This document shows positions 11,525-25,889 of a stretch of DNA of 64,000 nucleotides, piece by piece (within the stretch, counting starts at the first letter, position 1; each line of letters starts with the position of its first letter). The position numbers and the translations under genes were made by a program. This DNA is from Trichoplax adhaerens (taxonomy: Eukaryota; Animalia; Placozoa), in NCBI RefSeq assembly GCF_000150275.1, contig NW_002060955.1, forward strand, positions 1,160,287 to 1,224,286. The letters are read 5' to 3'. Under the pieces are notes generated by a model that ran no database searches, was not told the origin of the DNA, and saw only the letters and a list, made by a program, of their open reading frames with translations.

Positions 11525-14500
11525 ATGAAGAGTTTAATGAGCTACTGTTGCATTTACGCCGCCGTTTTATTGGTCCAAGGCAACTTATGTAAGGAAAATG
11601 TTACCATCATGTGTTTAGTACCATATTTTAAGTGGTATTTCCATACCCAGCACTTGGTTACAGCCGCAAAGATGGCCATTAACAATATCAATGAAGCTGA
11701 TTATGTTTTGCCCAACTACCGATTACAGGTTGAATACCTAGATAGCCAGGTAAGCGTAAAAATGAAGGTTTCCTGATTAACTATTAGTAATTCAGCATAT
11801 TCACAGGTCCATCTACAAGTGTGTAATTAAGGTAGCTTCTTAAAGATTACTATCATTTCATACAAGGTCGAATAATATCGATCGTTGGAAATTTTCAGTA
11901 GAAAATTTTTTAATTCTTAGCAGAATAAAATAAAGACTAGAAAAGATTTTCATCCAATTTCGCTATGATACTGATGATGATCACTATTGGCAATTGTTAA
12001 TTTATTCTTTTACCGGTATTCCATTCTTAATTGGGCTAATTAAATTTTCCCTTCATGCTCTACAAATAAAGGGCAAATATCACAAAGTAAAGTTAAAAAA
12101 TAAAGAATTATTTAAATAGATTACTACGCAAATTCAGTATTCTAATTTATTAGCGAAAACTCCATTAGAAAAATGCACTATTAGATCATTGATGAGACTT
12201 CTAACTAGGGAGAATCTAAATTTTTTACAATCCATCTAGTAAATTTAGGCTCTTATATTTTCAATATCAAGAGAAGTATTCAGGCGCTAATAATTGTGCA
12301 GAATTCGATAATTGAATTCAATTTCTGAAGTAATTTGAGATAAATGTTGGTATATTGTAAACTACTAGATTGAATTGGCATCTCGTCGTGTATTTAATTA
12401 ATTCATAAAATTATTTTAGTGGAATAACGCTACACCTAAGAGAAATTTAACCACCTGTCATTTAAGGGAAAAGCTTTTACTTTTTATTATTTTTGTGTAT
12501 CTGGTATCTTAGATTATATAAACCTTGTTTAATGTTGCTTTTAATTACAGATTTATGGACCAATAGCAACTAAAGCCATGATCGATTCAATTTTACGCCC
12601 ACCCACCAAAATAGCTATTGTCGGTCCATTGATATCTTCTGCTAGTGAATACGTTGCGTCAATAGCAAAATACTGGAACTTAGTTCAGGTTTGTAATTCT
12701 TTCATTACGTGATTTAAATGCAGGTTGTAACAAAATTTTCTTCTACCCATTTCTCTCAGTTTTTTATACAAGAAAGGAAACTGCCTGTAAATGTAGTAAT
12801 TAAAGCAGTTTTATTAAAGAATATAAACATCCTTACAGAGATTATAACTGCTACTAACTCCACTTGAGTGGTGGTTGCTGTCCCTTATTATTATTAATCA
12901 GTTAAATGGCATTGTTAATTCCGTCGTAATAGGTTCTAACTCTCGTCTATCCTTTCTAGAGTTTCCTACCTCTCCATTATACACATTTCTATCTATTACT
13001 ACGTAATTACTATGTTGATCATACAATATGCCTATTGTCTCAATTTTTCCCTATTCACATACCATAATTACTACATTAGCTTACACTAATTTAGGCTATT
13101 TTGTATAATACAAGCAGAAGTAGTACATTAAGTTGGAGTTATCAGTCAGTTAAACATGAAAGGCTAGCTTTGTCTGGGGTTACTAGTAAATCCCAAAATT
13201 GCAATATTTAAACTAGCACTGAATTGCTCTATTGCATATTAGACTGAAGTGATAATATTTCAATATGTGATTAGAACATTATGGAAATAGCATCATATGC
13301 GGTAATACTGTTGAGATTTCGATAGATCTTATAATGTTCACCAGTATTACAGTATGTGTTAGCATAATGTGCGATACTGTTTAATAATACCAAAATGCAG
13401 AAGAGTTATTACAACATAGGCGTTGTTCGTTTATAGCTGCATGCTTGATTTCCAAATTTTTGAGCACACTTATAACAAATGCCGATAACATATTTGGTCT
13501 TGCTTGAGATTTTGTTATTAGCATATCCCAGATTTCTTTGAAAAATAAACTTATTTTTAACTACTCCAAACTGATCAAGTATACGTATTGACCATGAAAA
13601 ATTCTATTTATAAGCGCTTCTTAAGATTATAATATACATGATACTTTAAGTTTTTCTTTACAGATTGGTTACGCTTCTATAACTGTTGCTTTGGACGATA
13701 GATCGATATATCCATACTATTTTCGAACAGCTGTAACGGAAAAGAGTTTTAACGCAGCCAGGTTGGCTTTCTTTAAGCATTTTCAGTGGAATAAAATTGG
13801 GATTGTCCATAGTTCATCTGGCGCTTATCCTAAGGTATGCTTGATTATAAATTTTGAGGCTGCAGACTATTAATTGCAATAGGATCTATTTTAAAAAATC
13901 CTAAGCAAACAAAATCAAAATTTTATTTATTTGTGCGCAACAATGGAGCTCGCATGGCGTGATATAGTCTGAGAGTAATTACTATATTCTTTTATAGCTT
14001 TCTTAAGACTCAAAAAATCGTTTAGGTGAAACGTAAGGTTCGAAGTGGAAGAATAAATACTTTTGTTTTCTGAGAAAGCAGCATTTGTTTCATACAGAAC
14101 ATATAATTCGTTTAGATAACTTCAACGTACAAAAAAATTAAAAAAGGAAACTTAATTAAAGAATTAATTTACGAAAGTTTCGCTATTTAGTGACACTCTA
14201 GCCTATAAATTATTAGAATATAATTTGAGGCTGCTTTATGCTATAGCTTATATGTTAATCGTTCGTGAATGATGCATTAATAAAATTTAAGCATTGGTCA
14301 AAAACTGCGCTAATAGTTGCATATATAATTTTGTAAAAGCAAATAATTCACTTTACTATTTAATTAACGCTTTTATTTTGCTGTTCCATAATTAGTCATA
14401 TCCCAAGAAATGTTAATTTGTTTTCATTTATTGAATTGTGGTTGCATGCTAACACTTTTTTGGCCAGTCCATAACTTACAGAAGTATTCTTTGTTTTACC

Positions 14501-17500
14501 TTCTTCAATTGCTATCAGGCATTCAACTTCTAATATATTTGTATTTGTAATTCTATGCTCTTTCATAATTTTAGTCTGCATTACTAGTGCTAAACGAAAT
14601 GACTAAAGCCAACGTGGATGTCGCTGTTATAGAAAGTATCACCGGAGATGGTAGCTTTGCCTTAAACAGTTTGAAGGTAACTTTTCTAAATTGAATATAA
14701 TACTCGTAACTTAGATGTAGAAACTATATTCCAATAAAGGTATCTGTATAGCAAAAGAATGGAATTACATTACTTCATATTAAAACTCAACGTAAATGTA
14801 AATGATAATTAGAATTTTTCTATACCCTACAATATTCTAACTACAAAACGAAGGTTTCAACATTTTTATTTATCTATTTCAAATTTTAATTAATTAACAT
14901 AATTGCCTCAAAAGTAACTTACATTAAGAAATACTTAGTGATTAGCCATTTTTCGGACCTGTTCAGGTTAAGGATGTTAGAATAATATTGCATTTTGGAT
15001 ACACAGGCGATGCTAGAAGGCTGCTATGCACGGTGAGAAATATTCTGATAACAATTGAAATTTTCTTTATTATGAAAATGTTAAACGTCAAACGATAGCG
15101 ATCCGTAATATCACTACTGTAATTGTAAGTCCCTACTTAGAAGATTAAGTCATCTATTGGATAGTACTAGTCTTTCAAAGATTTGGTTGTACGAGCTTAT
15201 ACTCGTATAAAAGAAATATATTACTATAGTGTAAATAGTTTTATTCGAAAATTAGAATGTATTGAAGTGGACTAATATGCAAGAGTAAGATTTTAATTAA
15301 CCCAGTTAAAAGTTTCTTAACTAAATACAGACGTATCTACAGGATATTCTTCTACCTATATATTGCGGTAAACTATATGATCAATATTTGTGTGGCAGCA
15401 CTCATTTGTAAACAATTAAGCTGTCTGTTAGCTACATAATAAAGATCATTTAAGACCTTTACTAAATGCATTGCATGTATTTTTTAAATATTTAAAGTAT
15501 GTTAGAGAAAAATTATAATCAAATCATACAATCGTTCTAGCATTCGATATTATAGGACTGTAACTAATACGAGTATATCACTTTTACTTTTGCACCAAAC
15601 TTTTGAAATATCATTTCCAACAATTTAAAGATTAAATCTTAACTCCTAGATTCAATTAATGAACACCCACGATAGGTCGATACATCTATTATTCGTATTC
15701 TTTTTTTTAACAGGCATATCGCCAAAATTACTATGGATCAAAATATATCTGGTGGTTTCCAGGTTTATTTAGCTCTAACTGGTGGGATGAATCCCCTCGT
15801 GATCACAATTGTACTGCAAAGCAACTGTTTGAAGTAATCAAAAACAGTTCATTTTATACTAATGCGCCAATTTATTCTCCATCTAAGACTCCTGCGGTAT
15901 CAGGAAAGGTACTATTATTGCTTGTAAATTAAATATTTCACTTTTATGCATACTTTGTTTGGATTTATATATGTCTGCATGATACATCTCAGTCCACAGT
16001 GATCATGATGATAGTAATGCGAGTATTTAATACATTTAATGCATTAATGGTTAGTTGATAAGCCCACTCTAAGCTATATAATATTAACCGTAATTATGAT
16101 GTTTTACTGACACAGACAGGATTGCAGTTTTATGAAGAATTGAGCAAACGAATAAATTACACAATTCAAGACAGTGATGTCTCCAGTGCTGTTGGAGCAA
16201 TATATGATTCTATTTGGAGTATAGCACTCGCGCTAAATCAAACAGAATCTCGTCTCATACAGAAGAATATCTCAATAACTGACTTTAACTATCAAAATAA
16301 TTATATAAGATCGAACATTTTCGAAGAATTATCGAATTTGTCATTCCAGGGAGTTACTGTTAGTATATCCTTGTCCATTCTCCAGTTATATAGTTCTAAA
16401 CATTTGTAATAAGTTGAATTATTTCCTAACAAAGCATTAAGATACTTACTATTATTGAGACAAAATATATTAGACTCTAAATTTTATGTTTAATGATGAT
16501 TGTATGCTATCTTAACCATTTTGCTTATACCTTTATCGTTTCTGTAAATGCTTATTGGTAATGAATTCACTAAGCATAAAATAAAAGTTATACACCTTTG
16601 AATTATTTCGACCTTTTAGGGATATATATCTTTCCTACAAGGGAGTAGCCGATTAGGAGACGTCATAGTTTTGCAGCAGCAGGGTAAAGAGCCAACTCTG
16701 CTCTAACAGATTTAGCTAATAAACATTATGAGAGCAGTGCTATATATAATGCGGTATTTGATCTTAGGCTGGGATACGCGTCAGAAAATAGGCTTTTATA
16801 AAATTTACGGCGATGAATTGAAAATTTATAACAAAACGATATTATGGCGAGGTAAGAGCGTATAATTTAATGATCCTACGTAAAACATTAAATAAGTTAA
16901 TTATAAAATTCTTATTTATCATTTGCATTTGTTATAGATGGCAAACCACCTCAGGATCGATTAATTATCACGATAGCCATTAAGACCATTGCTATCGAAT
17001 TATTTATAGTATTTAGCGCTATCAGCTGTTTAGGGATTTTATACTGCCTAGCACTAATAGCATTTACATTCATTAAAAGGAATAATAGGTAACTACTTGA
17101 TAACTATTATCTGCTAATCCAATTTGTCTTAGACCAATTCATGAATCTAAATTATCTTTTAACATATCTTATATCTTATGTAGGTTTATTAAAATGGCTA
17201 GTCCGAATTTAAATTGCTGCATTTTAATAGGGTGTATACTATGTTACACTTCTGTTCTAATTAGTGGGATGGACGCAGTAATTCCTGCCCTTAAAGATCG
17301 TAAATATAGTTGTGTTGCTGAAATATGGCTACTTAGTATTGGTTTTACCATTGCTTTTGGTTCGGTTATGTTAAAAACCTGGAGAATATTCAAAATATTT
17401 ACTAACAAGACAAAAATTAGACTGGTTAGTATCTAGATGCTTCTCGTGCAATAGTTATAACGATATAATCTTCAGCTGTCACTTTTTGAAAGGTTTATTT

Positions 17501-20500
17501 CCATTAATATCATATAGTATTTTCTGGGCACAAAAATGTTACAAGCTTCAATGATTAAATATTAAAATTACCAATTATATTTAAATTAATAAGTTTGCAT
17601 TGCTACTCAAATTATTTCTGAGCCATAGTTGATGAATGTTCTTATAAATTATCAACATCAGAATTCGATAATATAATTTGCGAATTGTTAGTTATAATTG
17701 ATGGTACATAGGCCAACAGTCTAATAGTCCAATTCATTTTGATTCGGTATGTGCACTGATTTATATGAAAATGGCTGCGAGTTAGCTGCTTTAGCACATC
17801 ATCTATATAGATATAGTATGTAGTTTCAAACTATTATAAAAGTCACAGGCTTATGGATAAGATACTGTAAAGAATTCAATATACACGGAGCTAATTTAAG
17901 GTATTCAAAACTTTCATGGCAGTAAAGTAATCATGTCTCTAGCAAAACCACTTCAACCGCTTTAGCCAAAACCAAGTTAAATGCTCTTGTTGCTGAAATA
18001 CTTATAGGAATCGAAGTGTTCATTCATGTTATCAGCACACAATATCGAACATTACAGTAGATCGATTCCCTCTCCCCAAAAATAAAATGATAAGCATTAA
18101 CGCGATAACATTCGAAATAGAGTTAGATATGTGAGCTATACTAGTCTTTCCAATAAGATTGCAAAACCAGCCTGTATTGATTGGTTAGTCTTTTATCGAA
18201 TGGGAAATTTTAACTTTCTGAATTACTTTGCACTACTCAATTTAGCGCACAGTTACCCAAATTCGTCATTAAAGTTTCATTATACAATATCATACAGTAA
18301 GAAAGAATGAAAAATTTTCGTACTTTGAATGTAGCTTAACTTATATACTAGTTAAGAAATGAGATTTTGTTGTTACTGGTATCTTAATACAGTTTCTATT
18401 TTGGAGGCTTGCTATAGTTTTATGTTATTCTGCTTGACTATAGTAGCATATTCGCTTAGGTATAATACTTGTAGTAAGTAGTCCGTAGAAGAGGCTATAG
18501 ATAAAATAATAATCGCCTAAAAGGCGTTCGTGTTATATAAAAATTTGCATTAAATTAATTGCCGACCGTGATCTTAGCTAAGATAACACTTTCGCATTCG
18601 TTGGTGTTGCTCTGTAACGTATTAAATCGAAATTGATGCGGGCTTGGCAATATCTTCGCATTGCTACACACTCTACAGTGGATTCATCAGGAGATTTCTA
18701 GCAAATCTTTCTTGTTAGAGAAGAGTTTTGAAAACGTAATAGTACGGCAATAGGCAAACTAATTTAATAATAATTAATTGTAGAAAATGGTAAAGATTAT
18801 AAATGCTTAAAGTCAATAAGCATAACTAAACTAAATCATTCTGTACGTGGGTATATTGTAAACGCTTAAAGTGTAATGAGATTATAAAGTTAACTCAATG
18901 TAAAAGCTATATGAAATGCCTGTATATAAGAATGAAAAGTATAGTTTCAGTACAGTCTTCATACACTATTTACTCTTATCTTCAATATGCAGAACTCTTT
19001 AGTTCGCATTAAATGTAGTAACTGACTTTAAGTTGGGATAAAAATTTTATTAGACAGGTAAAAGGTAAAATTACTGAGTTGCTAGCTTTACTTAAATCGT
19101 TACTTGATCAATTTCAGAAAAAAATAATTAGGAACAGGAATCATCTTACCAAAACTAAATATCCAATATCCTTGCTTGCGCTGCACTAGACATCTTGATT
19201 TTATATTTAGAACCAATGCCCTTGGCACTGTATAAAATGATATATCTTAACAACAAAGAGTAGAAAGTGTATATCCTACGTATAATGTCTATGAAGTTAT
19301 TATTAAACTGAAAACTAAGATAAACAAAGCAATATTCTGCCTATATTTGTTTACGAACCATTAGAAATTTACGCGATCATGACTGAAATACTGCAGTTCC
19401 AACGGCGAATAAATATAAGCTCTATCATTGCAGTAACTGTAACTTCGCACTGGTATTAACTTTTGTTCCGGAATAGCTTGAGTGAATCGTCTTACTTTTA
19501 AATCGATCACATTAATGAGACATTATAATATCTTACTATAGGTAATCAAAGATATCCACCTTCTTACTCGAGTTGCCGAATTATTAATTGTTGATATCAT
19601 TATACTAACTTTATGGAGTGTCATTGATCCTGTATCTACAACAGAAATCGATGTTGGTACTGTAGTTGTAAGTTTGTATCAGTAATTGCAAAGAATAATT
19701 AAATCTTGCTAGCTTACATTGCAATTAACCAAAATTTTTTATATCAATACAGAAAAATGAAAAACAAATTATACGAAATCGAATCCAAGTTTGTACATCC
19801 AATTATTCCATCGTTTGGCTAATTATTATTTTAGTATTTAAATCAGTCATGCTAATGTATGGTGTTAGCTTAGCTTGGAGAACTCGTAAAGTTCCTATTC
19901 AAACATTTAATGATTCTCGTTCACTAGCTGTCACAATTTATAATATCCTCGTTTTAAGTTCTACCGGTGTGATTGTTGGTATGTTATCCAATAACATTTA
20001 CAATGTTGGATTTGCCTTGAAATCGACGTTCATCATTCTCTGTACAACATCATCGGTTTGCTTAGTATTTATTCCAAAGGTAGGGAAGTAAGAAGATTGA
20101 TTATATTCTTGAAATTGTTAAATTCTACTTATTTCAGCACTTCATATAAATAGTATAAATAAAATAAATTGACTACATAATAATATATAATTTTTAATGT
20201 CTAATAATTTTCAGCTCTATTTTACACTGGAATAAAGTTGAAATACGTTAATTGTTGCAACATTTGCATAGAGTACTGTATAATTATATAATCTCAGCTT
20301 CTATTATTAACTATATTTGCATTTGCTATCGTAGTTGTTTCAAGTCAAAATCAACACGAACCGCTCAACATCGTTGCCTCAATCAAATAATAGAGTGTCA
20401 AATTTTCGAATATCTTTGACAGCTGGTAAAGATGCTCATCAGGAACTTACAAAAATGCGAGTTATAATTGCTGAGGTAAGAGAAGAAGAAGATGTTATAC

Positions 20501-20655
20501 CATAAAAACTTTCCGTTTGTGTATTTTACCTTCACAATATCAATATGGTGCATTTATGGAAAGATAAACTCTAAAACATTATTTTGTTTATTACAAATCA
20601 CCTTTAGCAACAAGGGATAATTCATCGCTATCGCCAGCAATTAGATGAGCGCTAG
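11525..20655 (+). CDS. GABA-B receptor-like class C GPCR, gene B (complete, 15 coding exons, about 773 aa)
   Basis: Exons 11525-11749, 12551-12688, 13664-13834, 14575-14676, 14967-15032, 15714-15908, 16116-16358, 16620-16683, 16768-16851, 16938-17088, 17184-17424, 19542-19667, 19753-20079, 20335-20475, 20608-20655. All introns are GT-AG and the total of 2322 nt is in frame. Signal peptide; VFT motifs (YPYYFRT, DVRII, YDSIW, FQGVTG); PPQDR stalk with no cysteine-rich domain; IKMASPNLN, KTWRIF, NDSR, FIPK. Confidence 0.93.
18350..18601. repeat. Diverged dispersed repeat, inverted relative to about 21087-21330 (intron 11 of gene B)
   Basis: tagaagaggctatagataaaa and aattaattgccgaccgtgatcttagc..tcgcattcg match the reverse complement of 21087-21262. 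Similarity is weaker towards 18350 and 21330. Confidence 0.65.
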
Positions 20656-20711
20656 GATTAGGGATAGTCTACCAAACGTGATTAAATTCGCTGCCGTATT
20701 TCAACTTCTCT

Positions 20712-20717
20712 AATAAA
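20712..20717 (+). terminator. Candidate polyadenylation signal of gene B
   Basis: First AATAAA after the predicted stop at 20655. Confidence 0.35.
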
Positions 20718-21086
20718 CTACTCGTATATACGTATATGTATAAGGAATTGATATAAATGATCTCAGAAAATATCCAACTTAAATTCCACCCTATAGAAGT
20801 TTCGTATTTCGTTCACTAAGTTTTAAACAAACAGTATGTGTAGCATTAATAAACTGAGAAATTCTTAATATTTGATTAACGGAACTGGCGTTACTATCTA
20901 TGCACTGTTAGGTTTCCATATTGTTGCGTCTACGAAACACTTCTATTAGGTAACAAGGAGAATTCGCTAGAAATCTGCAGACCAGTCCAGTAGATGATTA
21001 AATTCAACGATATCGTTTTACTATACTATTATGCAGTAGAACAAATTTAGCGGTTATTAACTGCATATTCGTATTAAAAATATTAG

Positions 21087-21330
21087 CGAATGCGATAACA
21101 TTCTTATAACTATGATAACGGTCGACAATTAATTCATGGAGAATGAAAACTTATTAGAAATGTATTTAGATAGCTCTTTTATCTATAGCCTCTTCTATAG
21201 ACTTACGCACTGTCAATTTGATTCCTAAGTAAATATGTTACAATAGTTAAACAGAATAAGTTAAAGTTGTCGTGAACTTTTTGTTTAGGAAGTAATAAAC
21301 ATGACGAAGAAAAATTTCATTTCGTTACAT
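21087..21330. repeat. Diverged dispersed repeat, inverted partner of 18350-18601
   Basis: gcgaatgcgataacattc..acggtcgacaattaatt..ttttatctatagcctcttcta..acagaataa is the reverse complement of the 18.4-18.6 kb block. Confidence 0.65.
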
Positions 21331-24300
21331 TGATGAATAACCTTTATAGAAAAATTCATACCACTATTATTCTGCTATTAACTTTATGAGGCAATTAACG
21401 TTGTTAATAAACGGATACTATCCGGATGTACCTTCAAACTACTATTAATATTTCCATTAATGGAATCTCCATTATATATTTATGCTGAAATGTTCTCCAG
21501 ATAATATTATATCGCTATCAATCTACCATAAACCCTATACTAAAATCACGTGTACTTAAACAAATGCGGCGATAGAGAAATTAGTTCAAAATAATTTCAC
21601 TTATAACTTCTGTAATAATCTACGACATTGCATCTATTCGTATTCATCACGGTTATTTAAAATAACAATTGCTGTAAATTCCCTCCATGTTTAGTAAGAC
21701 ATTAAAACTACGTCATTTATTCAATGTCAGATTACCGGTAATATGCTTTTCTGTGGTAGATACTTTTCTCACCTTTAACATTACGAAAGGAAATACTATT
21801 CCAAAAATTATAGTAAAGTTCTAAAGTGAACTATTTAATATGCAGTATTTAGGTTACGATGAATTGTGTCTTCAAACATAAAAAGAAATACAATAAATAA
21901 GAATAAATTATAGCATTATATTGTAGCTGACAAACTTTTTAATGCATCTTTAGCTAAGGGTTGCATCACATAATATTCAAGTTATGTTTGGTGAGAAGAT
22001 TTACGTGTCAAGGGTAATTAACGTAAGTAGTAGTATTGAATGAAATTTACATCAGGAATGTTAAAGTAAATTGTTGAACTCTTAATCACGTAGCATACTA
22101 TTGCTATAAAACTTTCATGCTAAAAACGGCATTATTTTTTGGTGTTGCCATTTTTGCGTCAAATATATTCTGACATTTTCATTATTTTAGTCAAATATTT
22201 AAGAGTTACTAGACAAAATTATTTGCAACGGGAATAATTACAATAGTTACGATAACCGCTGTGGAGAATTTTATTTTTCAGAATAGTCGTCTGTGTTTCA
22301 TGAATACTGATGCAATTGATGGGCAGCTTCGCTAAGCATTTACCACCCAAACCAGATTGTAGACAAAAATATATTTAATAATAATACTTAGAAACTACAG
22401 ATAGAAAGGAAAATAGAATGTAGCAATCAACATATTCACATTTGCTGCATTGGAATGTGAATATAACACTTGTAGTTATGTCTAGAGATATCTAGTAAAG
22501 CTTAATTAATGCTTAATTATGATCTTGCAATATAGCTGAGATCAGATGATTTCTTTTCTTTTACGATATTAACAATGTCAGATGCCTTTTATTTTCACAA
22601 AATGCAATATACAAGTATTAAAGAACGCGAATTAACTAGCGAACTTTACTTAAACGAAATTGAACTAAGCGTCAGCATTAAGAATGAAATAAATTAAGCA
22701 GGTACTCTAAAAAGTGACACACCATGGGTCGTTTTGAGGCAGTTATAGTACTTGATATAACTTTGCCCTCTATTTAAAGTAAATTTTAGCATATTTATTG
22801 CAATCTAATATTAAAATAAGTCGATAATTTATACATTGTTATTAATCCAAAAATATCTTAATAAAAGTAAATTTTAGAAGCGAATTTTTTGCCTAAAAAT
22901 ATTAAGTAAATTAAGTCTGAAACAAGGAAATAAAGGGACAACGGAATTCGATTTAGAGCGTCGCCATTTGTTTCAATTTAGTTTTGCGCAAGAATCACAA
23001 AGTAAAAATCGATAGAAAAAGAAGATAAAATAGGGTAATCTATGCCTACAACATAAACTATTTCGCCATTAATTAAAGTAGTTTATACTCGTACATGTAT
23101 TTGTTTCTCTATTTTACATTGTAGTAATCTACTAGTCATGCGATAGGCTTATTAATAGAAGACTATTCCTCTGTTAGACTATCACGTACGATAGCGCCAT
23201 ATTCATAGCAATTACAAAAAAGTTTCTCAGCAACTTTATTATTTAAATTGTTTGCTGGCACGAAACTACTGTACCTTGGTTTAGGTCTATAGATATTTTC
23301 AACTTTATTATCCAATTTATAGCGTTTATGACGATAATTAATTGTTTTAAATATTTTCTACGTCATTCAAATACTGATGGGGCACTTCTTTATGATATCG
23401 CTAATCGCCATATAAAACTTACAATATATAGCGTCGATTTGATTTGATGATTAATTTTCTTTAAAGTAAATGTTATACAATTCTCTAGTAGTATTATCTA
23501 GCATTAAAGGCCGCCTATATCTATAACTGAAATTTATTAGTTTGATTAATGACAAGTAACCAATGCTATCATCGATTTATTAAATATAATGAATTGCTGA
23601 TTATTACCAAAGAATAAATCAGAATACTTCGTCTAAGGATTGCTCGGTTATTGCTATTTTCTCAAAAATTATATTCTTCTTTAAGAAGTAATTTGTTCTT
23701 AACGATGATTCATCACTAACGTACTGTAAATTAAAGTAACAGAAAGCTACCTCTAACTATCGGTAGTTAAATACGATTTACAGAATATTCGTATCGTGTC
23801 AAGTGTGTGATGTTCCGTTTTATCAAATATAATCAGGAGTAGAAATTAATTATAATACTTAATCACTTTAAAGGATCTAACAAACATTATATTAGACCTC
23901 CATTAAATAATCGTAATTTTGCCATTGTAGTTAAATGGTTGATAGTCGTCAGAGATCGCGCACACTATCATCATGATCAAAGGTGCCAATTATGTCATAT
24001 TTTCACACGCCAATTATCGGTAAATACGTGTATGATAAGCATTCGAAAAACGATAGAGGTTTAATAAAGGTTGATTAAAAATGAGCACATATTAATAATT
24101 TCCATAATAAGATTGCAGTACAAGTATTTATTTATCAGTCACTACACACAAGTTGAAAGGCATCATTAGAAAGAAGATTGATAAAGAGTACAGTACTAGA
24201 CATTTTCTTCGTCAATAATCGTCCAAAAATAACGGCATTAACTTTAGTCGGCATAGGCAATGTAAAATATACAGAATGACAATGTGCTATATATCTCAGA

Positions 24301-25889
24301 TAACAATAATCATAATAATTGCTTATTATGCTATCGATTAAAGAAGATATTGTATAAATTATTATGTGGGAAGATAATCATCGTAATAGCCAATTAGTAT
24401 TACTCGATATCTTTATACCTTTTCTAACCCTAACCTTTCATGCCAACATTTATCAGGATGTGAATTTGTTTATTCTATAATTTTCATAGCATAAATGAAT
24501 CCAAGAGCAAAGTGTATTTATTTGGTATTTAGTCAATGAGCTTAGCTCAAAAAAGAGACTTTAAATGTCACCTTAATTTGTATTTTTATAGTATCCGTAT
24601 CGTCCTTTTCATATTTTATCTAACTATGGTTGAAATTATTAATACAGGTGCATTTTATGAAGTTAAAATAACTATTATTAATAAGCTTTTCTTTAAAATA
24701 TATCTTTTGTTACTATATCCTAAGCTAAATATGATCAACATCAAGGTCATACTCTATTTTCTTTATTAGCAATAGTATCAATACACCAATACACTGCTCG
24801 GCCATTGAATAAACAATAATGTCTCGTTCTAGGTTATTTTTGCGCTTACTTATTTATTTTATTTGTTTTAATTTTCATTTCTTCCTTAGTTATAGCGTAA
24901 TGATTGAAAGAAGGTTGATCTATTTGTTCTATACGCTGTACTTTGACGATTGCAAATTAATCTGAAAACTACAAATTATTATTGGCAGCATAATAAAGCC
25001 ATTTTTTATAAGTTGCGTAGTTGATATTAGAGACTGAACAGGAACTAAACAGAAAACTTTACAATGATTAAGTAATCAAATGACCTATCTCAACCTTTCA
25101 ACATTTACCTAACGATTTCATGTATTATTTTCTACTACTAGTAAAAATGAACTGCTAAAGTGGAAAAGATTTTACTAGAAACATAATATACACATATTGA
25201 CAAGTAGTGTACATATAACCAGTCAGAATTAGCAGAATTAGTTTCTAATGTTAGAACTGATGAAATTTTACATAAGTCTCAAATTTATATTGTTCCAAAG
25301 CGGTTAAAAAATCGAAATAATATTTATTTATTAATATGTATTAGTATTATTCCAGAACCATCTAAAAATCTGAATAATATTTATAAGGATTTATTATAAG
25401 CACAAATTATAATATATCCCTAATATGTTACACAATAGCGACCGAAATTCAACACCTTGCTTTTAGCGTCGAATGGTCTCATCAAGTAATTATACTTGCG
25501 TAATCAGGCGTACGAACAACACCATGTTGATAAAAGATTGTTAAGATGTCCATTGCTATATTAAGTTGTGATTAACAGTAAGCAAACTTACTTTGAATAC
25601 TCTTACTTTTGGACAAGATTCTACATCAATTCTATTGCAACTTGTAATGGCTAACAACATAATGATGTAATTATTAAACACAATATCTATTCCAGATGTT
25701 ACAAAAAAATTACGCTTTCAATAATTTATAAATAGCGCATTACATGAATGCAATCAATCAGCTAGTAATATCAGGTATTTATTGTTATGACAATTTAAAT
25801 CGCTTAGTATCGGTATACGAGTATCCTAATAACATATATATTTAGATTACATTTCAGCATTACTTCATTTCTTCTTTAATTGTACCGTC

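Noticed and set aside
22957-22970. YY1-like AAATGGCG motifs (here on the minus strand; a related AATGGCGG at about 38026) as promoters of hidden genes
   Set aside because: No associated ORF or exon chain was found, and short motifs alone are insufficient.
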